From a virus (lineage: Duplodnaviria; Caudoviricetes): DNA of 64,000 bases. The number at the start of each line of letters is the position of its first letter. Position 1 is the stretch's first letter. The notes beneath the pieces were generated by a model, which was given only the letters and a program-made list of their open reading frames with translations, had not been told where the DNA came from and did no database searches. Location: IMG/VR virus record IMGVR_UViG_3300032295_003840, positions 1 through 64,000 of that record; one strand, given 5' to 3'. Made by a program: the position numbers and the translations under genes. Below are positions 10,464 through 19,041 of the stretch, one piece after another.

Positions 10464-11284
10464 ATGATTCTCCAGCCCTGTCGGTAAATTAAATGCAGGG
10501 CTCCGTTGTCTATGGCTAGGATTGCACCGCTGGTATCATTGTCAATGGTGCCGGCAATGGTGATGTTGTTTATAGAACAGCGGCCGCTCTCATCTTTGAT
10601 GATGATGGTTCGACCAGACGTTGTTGACACTGGCATGCTGATTGTAACACTGGTGCTGGTATTTACTCCAACATAGTAATCTTGCGTGGAAATGGTGTAA
10701 CTGCCAGTGGTTACTGCAGTTGTGGCATTGACGGTCTGACCTGCAGGAACAGCCTCAAAGGTAAATAATCGAGTGCTGGGTTCATAGGTTAAAAACTTAC
10801 CGGTGGCTATGCTGGATCTGTCGATGTCATCCAGATATCGCAGATTGACTTCACCGCCGCCTGGACCGGTGGCAGCTATTCTGCTGACCCATTCGCGCAG
10901 GTATTTTATTTCACGTTCCAGATCCTTCTGTGGCTGAGCCAGTACTGGATCTGGAGCAACCACGCCTTGCTCAGTAATTACTCGGGCGACTTTGTCGGCA
11001 ATAGATTCGGTGACGGTGGTCTGGACTGGCTGGGGCTCGGGTTCGCTGGGCTGCTCGGTGGGCTCGGGTGGCGACTCGGGTGGTGGTTGAACCAACTCAT
11101 GATGTTCTCCCCAGATTTGTTGTAGGTCGGCTGCCAGCCGACTTCGTATTTCATCTTCACGAAGGCGCGCACAGCGTTGTTCTTCTTCAAGTCGTTGAAT
11201 CTCTTCAACCAGGCCTGGTGCAGGGGGTTGTCCAAAACGCTGGGCCAGCGCCAGCAAGGCGCGTTTCTCCTGCAGACGATTCAT
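10460..11284 (-). CDS. Hypothetical virion protein (GGGEVNLRYLDD motif)
   Basis: GPGGGEVNLRYLDDID and C-terminal IIIKDESG beta module seen in T4-like structural proteins. Confidence 0.6.
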   Translation of the reverse strand: MNRLQEKRALLALAQRFGQPPAPGLVEEIQRLEEEQRCARLREDEIRSRLAADLQQIWGEHHELVQPPPESPPEPTEQPSEPEPQPVQTTVTESIADKVARVITEQGVVAPDPVLAQPQKDLEREIKYLREWVSRIAATGPGGGEVNLRYLDDIDRSSIATGKFLTYEPSTRLFTFEAVPAGQTVNATTAVTTGSYTISTQDYYVGVNTSTSVTISMPVSTTSGRTIIIKDESGRCSINNITIAGTIDNDTSGAILAIDNGALHLIYRQGWRII

Positions 11285-11478
11285 TTTTTAGTCTTGGTGG
11301 CACGGGGCTTCTTTTTAGCAGCTACCTTGGTGGTAACAGCCTTGGCAATCTGTTCAGCCTGAGCACTGGGTGCTTCTTGGGCGACACGATCGGGCTGAGG
11401 CATGCTGTCCACCTTCTTGGCCAACAGACTATCTTCTACGGGCTTGATGCGAAATAGGTCAATAATTGCTTTAAACAT
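11281..11478 (-). CDS. Small basic hypothetical protein
   Basis: ORF with Lys-rich tail, tightly packed with neighbours. Confidence 0.55.
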   Translation of the reverse strand: MFKAIIDLFRIKPVEDSLLAKKVDSMPQPDRVAQEAPSAQAEQIAKAVTTKVAAKKKPRATKTKK

Positions 11479-12022
11479 TGGGCTTCTTCCTTCTGGCAAG
11501 TTTTTTATTCAACATGATGTCGCGTCCAGCCAGGTTGGGATTGGGATCAGGTACACCCTGAGCACTGAATCCTCCGCCTACACTGTTCGCCACAGTAAAA
11601 TCCTCCAGATGCATCTTGAACGACTTGAGCTGCGTTCTGGAGAAAAACTCTTCTACTTCCTGCATTTCAGTACTGTACTCGGCCTGTTCTCGCAGACTAT
11701 GAAATCTTAGTTCGAATTCTGACGGCAAAGGCTCGACGTCACGGTCCAGATGTTCTTTGACCAGTGCCAGAGCCGTGGCAAAGCTGGCCAGCTTGCTGTT
11801 TTCAAAGGGTACTCGTTCTATGATGCGCTTCATGCGCCAGACCAGACGGTCCAGCAGGGTATAGGCATCACGCTCGTCAGGTGAGTTTAAGGTGTTGAAC
11901 TTGCGCAGTATCTTGCCCTTTTCGTCGATGATGCCCAGACGAAAAGCTTCGGTTTCATTGAAGGGAGTTGCCAGCTTGCGCAGTATGCGGTAGACTATGA
12001 TGGCATCGACAAATCTTGACAT
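11471..12022 (-). CDS. Conserved T4-like hypothetical protein
   Basis: YRILRKLATPF..AFRLGIIDEKGK..AYTLLDRLV motif. Confidence 0.75.
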   Translation of the reverse strand: MSRFVDAIIVYRILRKLATPFNETEAFRLGIIDEKGKILRKFNTLNSPDERDAYTLLDRLVWRMKRIIERVPFENSKLASFATALALVKEHLDRDVEPLPSEFELRFHSLREQAEYSTEMQEVEEFFSRTQLKSFKMHLEDFTVANSVGGGFSAQGVPDPNPNLAGRDIMLNKKLARRKKPNV

Positions 12023-12435
12023 TAAATTTTCCTTAGCAGATCCACCAGATGTGCATCCAGAGGTATTTCACTTTCTGGCATGTGCATACCATTGCTGACT
12101 ATTACAGTTCTGGGCATGTAGTTCAAGAACACCAGGAAAGTTTTTAGCTCGGGCCAGAGACTTTCCTGTATCTTGAAGAACAACATGCTGGTGGCAGCGT
12201 CAACACCGAACACATTGTAGAACACTATGAGATGATTCAATATCAGACGTTCTTTGATTTCACCGGTCTGACGATATCGCCCCAGCAACCTTTTAATGTA
12301 ACGCAGACGTTTTAAATCGTCTTGAAAATCCCTCAAACCACGACAACCAGGATTGTCGTAGTTCTTTATGGCATACATCAAAAAAGTATCATTAGTCAAT
12401 TGAATCATGTCATCAAATACTGAACAGTTTCGCAC
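12022..12435 (-). CDS. Conserved T4-like hypothetical protein
   Basis: FLMYAIKNYDNP..DLKRLRYIKRLL..ERLILNHLIVFYNVFG; real start probably a few codons downstream. Confidence 0.75.
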   Translation of the reverse strand: MRNCSVFDDMIQLTNDTFLMYAIKNYDNPGCRGLRDFQDDLKRLRYIKRLLGRYRQTGEIKERLILNHLIVFYNVFGVDAATSMLFFKIQESLWPELKTFLVFLNYMPRTVIVSNGMHMPESEIPLDAHLVDLLRKI

Positions 12436-12904
12436 TCCAGCGTAGGTGCACCGTGGTTCCAGTATCCTGAGCCCGTGTCATACCAATGCGCACTGTAGTG
12501 CCCGATCCTGTGGTGGCAGCAAATCCAATGATGTTGGTGCCAGCCTGTGTCAGGGTAGCAGTATGTAGTCCTACAACATTGCTGGTTACCCAATGCAGCT
12601 GCATCTGTCCTATGCTGTAGTTACCCAGGCCAACAATGTCCTCGGCAACAATGTCAATGATGGCACTCTGATGCTGAGTACGATCTATGGCAAAGAACGG
12701 ATCGCTCACACCCTGAACACTGACGACGTTGGAACTACCACTGACAGTAGTAACAACGCCACCCTGAGTCATGGGTGCTGAAATGCTGCTGAGCAGACTA
12801 CTCCAGGTTATGCGACGGCTAACACCACCACTCACCACATACAGCAGGTCTGTGGGACCTACTGCAGTGGTGGCGGCGAGTTCGCTGAGTTTCTGATCAG
12901 CCAT
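12413..12904 (-). CDS. Hypothetical structural protein
   Basis: MADQKLSEL start typical of tail/fibre-type modules. Confidence 0.6.
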   Translation of the reverse strand: MADQKLSELAATTAVGPTDLLYVVSGGVSRRITWSSLLSSISAPMTQGGVVTTVSGSSNVVSVQGVSDPFFAIDRTQHQSAIIDIVAEDIVGLGNYSIGQMQLHWVTSNVVGLHTATLTQAGTNIIGFAATTGSGTTVRIGMTRAQDTGTTVHLRWSAKLFSI

Positions 12905-12914
12905 GTCTCAGTCC

Positions 12915-13853
12915 TTAGGCTGTGGTTACAACGCTGGTTGATCCACCATCGCCAGCTGCGCCTGCGACGTCTACCAGAGCAATGGTCAGATCCGCTGTGG
13001 TTGCGGTAGTATCGGCATTGATGATACCCATGCTGATGGTCTGACTTGTGATGCTCAGGGTTACGCCAGTTGTGGCTGGTGCTGTGAAGCGGAAGGTTAC
13101 GCTGGAACCAGCGGCTGGACCAAATCGTGTAGCTGTCAGTGCAACGTCCGATGTTACGGTAGAACGCATTACTGTCATGGTACCAGTTGTAGTCGCTGTA
13201 ACATCCTGATCCCAGATCACAACAACTGCTGCAGCGGTGTTACCAGTGCTGAAGCTATTGGCTGTGAAATATACAAACTGGATCTGTGCTGCGGCATTGG
13301 TAGTTGTTACCAGGGTGCTGGTGCCATTCTGAATATTGGCAACAGCGCCAACATCGCCACTGGCAATGGTTACATCGGAAGTGATGTCAGTGCTGCCAAA
13401 GTCGTTGATGCCCTGTGTAATGGTCTGTGCCTGTACGGCCAGAGCAGCTGGCGATACTGGAGCACGGAAACGGTAATCCAGATAGTTCGGTCCAGGTGCG
13501 CCGAATCGTGTAGCAGTAATGTCGGCGCTGTTGGTAAGGTCCCGCACCACCAGTGTACCAGTTGTGGTTGGTGTGATGCGCTCGTTCCAGACAACACGAA
13601 CAGTGCTCAGTGTATCGGCTTCCACGGCAGCAGTGGTAAAGAATACCTGGCTGATGGTGGCTGCTTCCAGTTTAACACTGGTGCCAGTTGTAACACCGCC
13701 GGATAGATTTCTGATTGCAACCAGCACTTCATCAGTGCCATCTGCGCGGCGAATTTCCCAGCCGCGCGTAGTCGCGAAAGTGCGACTCTTTTCTTCAGCG
13801 GTCAAGTTCTTAGGCTTGCTTTCATCGCTGGTATTTGCGCCCCATAGTGGCAT
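12915..13853 (-). CDS. Virion structural protein with two Ig-like repeats
   Basis: MPLWG start; internal duplication (VVWNERITPTTTGTL..TATRFG..FRAP / VIWDQDVTATTTGTM..TATRFG..FTAP). Confidence 0.65.
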   Translation of the reverse strand: MPLWGANTSDESKPKNLTAEEKSRTFATTRGWEIRRADGTDEVLVAIRNLSGGVTTGTSVKLEAATISQVFFTTAAVEADTLSTVRVVWNERITPTTTGTLVVRDLTNSADITATRFGAPGPNYLDYRFRAPVSPAALAVQAQTITQGINDFGSTDITSDVTIASGDVGAVANIQNGTSTLVTTTNAAAQIQFVYFTANSFSTGNTAAAVVVIWDQDVTATTTGTMTVMRSTVTSDVALTATRFGPAAGSSVTFRFTAPATTGVTLSITSQTISMGIINADTTATTADLTIALVDVAGAAGDGGSTSVVTTA

Positions 13854-13886
13854 AATAGTTCTCCTTGTTATAGGCTTTGGTTAAAT

Positions 13887-14951
13887 TTATTTATCGTCCA
13901 GATCCTGCTCAGCACTTTCTTTGCTGCGTGGTGCAGGACTCATGGTCTCAACCTTTTTTGTGCTGCCATGATAGATGTGACGAGTGCGCTTGCCGCTGGG
14001 CTGAGTCACCACAAAACTGTGATGTGCCTGGCCAGCCTTGCTGCCCGAAGTCTCGTTGCTGATCTTGTTGCCAGCCTTTTTATGTGCATCCTTGATCTTC
14101 TGCAGATCGCTGGCCATCATGGCTTCCAGGAATACCTCTTCATTCTTGGCCTTGTAGCTGGCGTCGACTTTGTTGAAGAAGGCTTTCTTTTTTTCTGGTG
14201 TGTCCAGTTCGCCAGGATGCTTGACACCGTGCTTGGTCATCATGGCACGGAAGTGCGCATCATAGCCCGATGACTTCTTGGCTTCGGTGATGTCGTATTC
14301 TTTGACGGCAGTGATGATGGTCTCATCTACTGGCTCTGGCAGACTCTGGTCGTGATCCTGCATGATAGGAAAATTAATGTCCTCATCCATGACCTTTTTC
14401 TTGCCCTTCATGGGTTTGTCATCATCTTCCATGTCGTCATCATCTTCTTTTTCGTTCTTGTCGTCCTTGTCGTCATCCTCCATGTCGGCCTTGGACTTTT
14501 TCCGGTCCATGCTCAGATCCTCGGCTTCGGACATTTTCTTGGCCTTCTTGGTTGCGTGACCATGGCTCTCGCTCTGCAGAATGCTGAGTTCGGTGACAGG
14601 CATACCCCGCTCAATGCCATGTTCGAACATCACATCATACCAGGCAATGTTGCCATATCGATCTGGATCGGCATGCTCTTCGGCAATGGTTTTGCCCTTG
14701 CCATATTGTGCGTGCTCGACATGCTTGGCGCAGTTATGTACCACCTCGCCAGAATTTTTCATCATGGTAGCCTCACCCACCGAACCTGCAGGCTGTCCCA
14801 TGGCTTTGCGTTTATCCTTGGGCATGGTGCTGGTACCAGCAGGAGCCTTGGCACCGGTTTTTACACCGGATGCAGGAAACGCCTTGGCAACCTCGGGTTT
14901 GACTGGCGCCGATGCGTACATCTGACGAACTGTTTCGATTAGATCCTTCAT
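13887..14951 (-). CDS. Acidic/basic low-complexity protein, probable head internal/core protein
   Basis: HNCAKHVEH..WYDVMFEHGIE, EKKKAFFNKVD; D/K-rich tract; many x-E-A sites. Confidence 0.6.
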   Translation of the reverse strand: MKDLIETVRQMYASAPVKPEVAKAFPASGVKTGAKAPAGTSTMPKDKRKAMGQPAGSVGEATMMKNSGEVVHNCAKHVEHAQYGKGKTIAEEHADPDRYGNIAWYDVMFEHGIERGMPVTELSILQSESHGHATKKAKKMSEAEDLSMDRKKSKADMEDDDKDDKNEKEDDDDMEDDDKPMKGKKKVMDEDINFPIMQDHDQSLPEPVDETIITAVKEYDITEAKKSSGYDAHFRAMMTKHGVKHPGELDTPEKKKAFFNKVDASYKAKNEEVFLEAMMASDLQKIKDAHKKAGNKISNETSGSKAGQAHHSFVVTQPSGKRTRHIYHGSTKKVETMSPAPRSKESAEQDLDDK

Positions 14952-14967
14952 TTTGGTTTATCTCCTA

Positions 14968-14996
14968 TTGACATCTATTGACAATCTTGTTATACT
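14968..14996 (+). promoter_or_regulatory. sigma70-type promoter on + strand, antisense to ADP-ribosyltransferase gene
   Basis: TTGACA(14968)-17 bp-TATACT(14991). Confidence 0.55.
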
Positions 14997-15016
14997 GACT
15001 GTGTACCCGCTTCAGG

Positions 15017-15970
15017 TTATTTCTTGTTGTGATGAAAGTTAAGCAACCAATGCGCTAACTGCTTCTTGCGTGGACTAGCTGAATCACTGCTGCGAATGCT
15101 TCTGAGTTCAGCAGCTGACTTGCCCTTGAGTCCATGTCGTGCACTGTCGCCCTTGTCCTGCGGGTTACGACCGTCTTTAAAATTTTCCTGTACCTTGCGA
15201 TATTCGCTCTCATCAGCTCCGGCCTGGCCCTGAAACTTCTTGGTTATTTCCTGTGGCGCGTGGCCTGCTATTCTGCCTTTCCATACATGGTAGGTCTTGC
15301 CGCCGTGCACTATTTTTTCTGGTGTGGGATCTATGGCAATATGATGTCCGCGATGTAACAACATTTCGTGTTCGTTGTCAAATTCCTTGGGGCCAGTGCT
15401 GGACTTTATATGATTCATCGACGCTGCTTTGGTGCCCTTGGGCATATCTATCTGTAGTATGTGACCTTCGTCGCCACCTTGCATGTCGGTGAAATGTGCA
15501 GCAATATCTCTATCTAAAGAAGTAGACACGTAGTGCGGCATGTGTGCCACACCCTGGGCATTGGTTTTAGGTTTGGTTCTCAGACCTGTGAATACTGTCA
15601 TGTCTCTGTCGGTAGATGCACTATTTAATGCGTTGTCCAGTCCCTGCACCATCTGTCGGCCCTGTGGTCCATGAGTACCATAGAAGGAACCGTTGTATTT
15701 GTCGTCATAGTGCCTTTTCAGCATGCCGTTGACGAATCTAGACTCATCGAATTCCTGCCCTGGTACCTGCCCAGGCACAACTCCAAACTTATAGCGTTTA
15801 GCAAACTGAGTATGTTCTTTGCCCAGTCGATTATTTTTATGTATGTCTTTAAACTCTTTTTCCGCGGCATCAACTGCTTCTTGTATTCTGATCTGCTTGG
15901 CCAAACCAGTGTCCAGCATGGGCAACCCAGCATGACGTATGGTTTCACGCAGTTCAGCAAAAGACTTCAT
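15017..15970 (-). CDS. ADP-ribosyltransferase (Alt/VIP2-like), probable internal protein
   Basis: VFTG, YVSTSLD, ILQIDMPKG, EHEMLLHRG (STS and ExE); MKSFAELRE N-terminus. Confidence 0.8.
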   Translation of the reverse strand: MKSFAELRETIRHAGLPMLDTGLAKQIRIQEAVDAAEKEFKDIHKNNRLGKEHTQFAKRYKFGVVPGQVPGQEFDESRFVNGMLKRHYDDKYNGSFYGTHGPQGRQMVQGLDNALNSASTDRDMTVFTGLRTKPKTNAQGVAHMPHYVSTSLDRDIAAHFTDMQGGDEGHILQIDMPKGTKAASMNHIKSSTGPKEFDNEHEMLLHRGHHIAIDPTPEKIVHGGKTYHVWKGRIAGHAPQEITKKFQGQAGADESEYRKVQENFKDGRNPQDKGDSARHGLKGKSAAELRSIRSSDSASPRKKQLAHWLLNFHHNKK

Positions 15971-16557
15971 TAGCAGTTCCATTTACGCAGAGCCAGAGCC
16001 TTGCGTGTAGGCTCGCCATTGGGCTTCTTCATGGGACCATCATTGCCACTCATGCGAGCGCAGAAACTGCGACGGCGACCCGCAGCCTTGCTATCTGGAT
16101 CCAGCTTGCTGGGCGGTGTAGTCACTGGCGCCTGCAGATTACCACCGGTCTTGCGGTTATAATAGTCCCGACCCTTCTGAGTCAATCCACCCGTGGGGTT
16201 TTTATGGCCTTTGGCATCCTCAGATAGGGCGGCCTTGGCTGCATCCAGGGTAGTGTAGAAGGTCTGTTTCTGACCATTGCGGTACACGGCATAGCTGTTG
16301 TCGCCATATTTTTCAATGTGGCCGTTGGCATTTTTGAATATTTTATCGCCACCGCTTTCCACGACAGTCTCTTCATTGCGAGCTGCCCAGATGTTGTCCA
16401 CCATGTTGGGATAGGGACGGCCTGCTGATCGCGCACGTGCGCGTGCCTTGGCTTTCTGCGCAGGGCTTAGCTTTTCACTCTGACCTCGTTCAGCCTTGGG
16501 GTTGGGTTTGTCCCAGACTTCCTTGGCTTCGGTGCGTAGTTGTTGAAATGTCTTCAT
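15970..16557 (-). CDS. Probable internal head protein (DUF6321-like C-terminus)
   Basis: MKTFQQLRTEA; KNPTGGLTQKGR..RRRSFCARMSG..ALRKWNC. Confidence 0.65.
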   Translation of the reverse strand: MKTFQQLRTEAKEVWDKPNPKAERGQSEKLSPAQKAKARARARSAGRPYPNMVDNIWAARNEETVVESGGDKIFKNANGHIEKYGDNSYAVYRNGQKQTFYTTLDAAKAALSEDAKGHKNPTGGLTQKGRDYYNRKTGGNLQAPVTTPPSKLDPDSKAAGRRRSFCARMSGNDGPMKKPNGEPTRKALALRKWNC

Positions 16558-18032
16558 GCTTTTTCCTTGGCCATGTGGTCATAGTATTTAAGGTCAGCCT
16601 TGACGCGGCTAGGCGATTTGCTGACTTTGAGTTTACCAGCCTGGCGTTTTTCTTTCTCCAGAGCCTTTTTAATCTTTTCTAAATCCGATGGCTTCTTCTG
16701 TCCCCAGTAGCCTGCGGCTTCGCGCAGACGATTGCGTGCAGCATTGAAGGTCTTTTCAGCACCCTTGGCTGCCTCGGGTGCAGGTGTGACACTCTGCTGC
16801 TTGGCCATCATTTTATGCACAGCATAGGCGTTGTTGAACATACCCTTGCCCTTGGGAGCCTCGACATGCTGCATGTGTGCAGGTACTGGTAGCTCTTTGC
16901 CACCACGCACAACCTTGTTCACACGAATGTGATAGGTGTGTGCATTGTCTGCTACAACATGACCTTCAATATAATGATCGTCGTGCATGCCTGGAAAGTC
17001 ATAGCTGCGAACCTTGTCGCCTACCTTGACACCACGCTGTGGATTGCGATTGCCCTGTGTCCAGGCTTCGTGGATTTCAACTTCTTCTTTTTTCAGTTTA
17101 TTGGCGACGTTTTGTTGTATTTTTGCTCGGGACCTGTCAATGCCAACTTCGCGATTATCGCGTTTGTTCAATAATTTGCTGGCAGTTTCTCGATCATCGT
17201 TGTCTATGGCTTGACTGGCCTGACCAGTGAGCTTGTGTGCGCTGGCATGAGCTTTGGTGTTGTAGCGCATCAGAGTTGAGGTTTTTAATTCGTCGACCTG
17301 TTCAATATCTTCATTGACTCCACCAACATATTCCGCACCATGCACTTTATAGCCCTGTTTCTTATAGTGCTGTTGAGCGCGAGCAACCGCACCTTCTTTA
17401 TCTCCGCTGACTCGCACAAATTTTTGTTGGTGTTCTTTGCGCTTAGTAACCATGGGATGATCGGGTTCTGACACAGTAACCGATACCCGATGCTTGGCTT
17501 CGTCAAGTTCAACTTCTTCTTTGACTTCACTCTGCATGTAGTCAGCAACTGTGCTGATATAATCAGCAGCCAGGGTAATTTTATTCTGTACCCATTCTGC
17601 CATGTTGGTGTTGTCGTCCAGCATATCATGCGCCTGCTGAGCATTGGCTATGATGCTGCGCAGCTGGCTCTTGGCCATGTCGCCTTCGTAGTCATATTCT
17701 CTGGGGTCTTTGCTGGTTTCTTCTTTGCGCATGCGCAGTTTGTTCATCTGCGTTTTAATCATGCCCATCTTGCTCTGATGTACTTTGACGGCTTCGTGAT
17801 CACCGGCCTTGTTGGCGGCTATGGCCTTCTCAGAATGACGGTCATGTGCTGCCTGCAGATTGGCCATCTTGTCCCGACCCCAGGCTGCTTCATTGACCTT
17901 GTTGGCTATGGCCAGAGCCAGATCCATTTTTCGTTTCTTCTGAGGATCGACGTCGCTCACCACAGACTTGATGTTGCGGCTATCGCCACCGGTGTCGGGT
18001 AGTTCGTCTACGTAAGTTGATTTGTTTTTCAT
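16554..18032 (-). CDS. Modular probable internal head protein
   Basis: EYDYEGDMAKSQL..EWVQNKITLAADY module; segments separated by VNEA/LDEA/IHEA sites. Confidence 0.6.
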   Translation of the reverse strand: MKNKSTYVDELPDTGGDSRNIKSVVSDVDPQKKRKMDLALAIANKVNEAAWGRDKMANLQAAHDRHSEKAIAANKAGDHEAVKVHQSKMGMIKTQMNKLRMRKEETSKDPREYDYEGDMAKSQLRSIIANAQQAHDMLDDNTNMAEWVQNKITLAADYISTVADYMQSEVKEEVELDEAKHRVSVTVSEPDHPMVTKRKEHQQKFVRVSGDKEGAVARAQQHYKKQGYKVHGAEYVGGVNEDIEQVDELKTSTLMRYNTKAHASAHKLTGQASQAIDNDDRETASKLLNKRDNREVGIDRSRAKIQQNVANKLKKEEVEIHEAWTQGNRNPQRGVKVGDKVRSYDFPGMHDDHYIEGHVVADNAHTYHIRVNKVVRGGKELPVPAHMQHVEAPKGKGMFNNAYAVHKMMAKQQSVTPAPEAAKGAEKTFNAARNRLREAAGYWGQKKPSDLEKIKKALEKEKRQAGKLKVSKSPSRVKADLKYYDHMAKEKA

Positions 18033-18256
18033 ACCAGTCCCAGTGCTATTTTTCCTGCGCTGGCTACCCAGCGCACTGTTACCTCGTTGTCGGCGTGGCC
18101 CGCTTCTTCGTAGATCTTGACCACATCGGCAACCAGTTCGTTTTTCTCTTCCAGGCTAAGCTGCCCTGCACGATAATCGTTGATGATGCTGATCAGCTCA
18201 CGAGCCAGATCGCCACGCACGCCAACATCGTCCTTGTGTTTAACTATGTCTTCCAT
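18029..18256 (-). CDS. Hypothetical protein
   Basis: 75-aa ORF coupled to both neighbours. Confidence 0.55.
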   Translation of the reverse strand: MEDIVKHKDDVGVRGDLARELISIINDYRAGQLSLEEKNELVADVVKIYEEAGHADNEVTVRWVASAGKIALGLV

Positions 18257-18591
18257 TATCTTCCACTCCAGGCAGATTTTAGTACATCCAGTCTGTTACG
18301 AGCCAGCGTCAGGTTATGTTCACAGACACGCTGATTGGTGGCTGTGTGCGCCTTGGCTATGTTTTCCTGCACACCTACTGCTGTCTTGACCTGATTGTCG
18401 GCTCTGAATTCCGCATAGCCACGCAGGAAGTCAGCACTGCGTTGCAGCTCGGACCAATTGGTTCGATCAGCACAGTTCACACGCTGCAGGTCCTGACTGG
18501 TCTGAACCCAGGCAGTGACCAGAGCAGGATCGTGCGGCGTGGGCAGCAGACTACAGCCAGTCAACAGTATGCTTAGTATGACGTATTTCAT
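18256..18591 (-). CDS. Lipoprotein
   Basis: Lipobox LLTGC. Confidence 0.65.
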   Translation of the reverse strand: MKYVILSILLTGCSLLPTPHDPALVTAWVQTSQDLQRVNCADRTNWSELQRSADFLRGYAEFRADNQVKTAVGVQENIAKAHTATNQRVCEHNLTLARNRLDVLKSAWSGR

Positions 18592-18611
18592 GATATTATT
18601 TATCGTTTTTG

Positions 18612-19040
18612 TTATTTGGTCAGACTGCGCAGCATCCAGGCATGTTTCTTATGCACATCCACACGCTGAGTCAGGAAGTCGGCTACACCGATTTCGCCAG
18701 CGGCTTCGGCACTCATGAAGGCCTGCACCAGTCCTTCCATGACCGTTTCGTTGTCAGTCAACAGACGACGCATCATTTCCACGGCAGCGGGTATGGTGTT
18801 GTCGTCCTGAATGCGAGTCAGATCCATGAGCATGCGATGTGCGCCCGGCGCATAGCTGTCCAGAGCGCGTACTTCTTCGGCTATGACATCCACGGCATCG
18901 TGCAGCTCTTCGTAGAGTTTGCCCAGAAAGTCGTGATACTGTACAAAGTCTGGACCTTCGACATTCCAGTGATAGTAGTGCGCCTTGGCATAGAGTGCAA
19001 ATGTATCGGCCTGCACACGTTTTAGATCATCCGTCAACAT
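18612..19040 (-). CDS. dps: Dps family DNA-protection/ferritin-like protein
   Basis: KAHYYHWNVEGPDF..HDFLGKLYEE..DVIAEEVRAL, HKKHAWML. Confidence 0.92.
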   Translation of the reverse strand: MLTDDLKRVQADTFALYAKAHYYHWNVEGPDFVQYHDFLGKLYEELHDAVDVIAEEVRALDSYAPGAHRMLMDLTRIQDDNTIPAAVEMMRRLLTDNETVMEGLVQAFMSAEAAGEIGVADFLTQRVDVHKKHAWMLRSLTK

Positions 19041-19041
19041 A

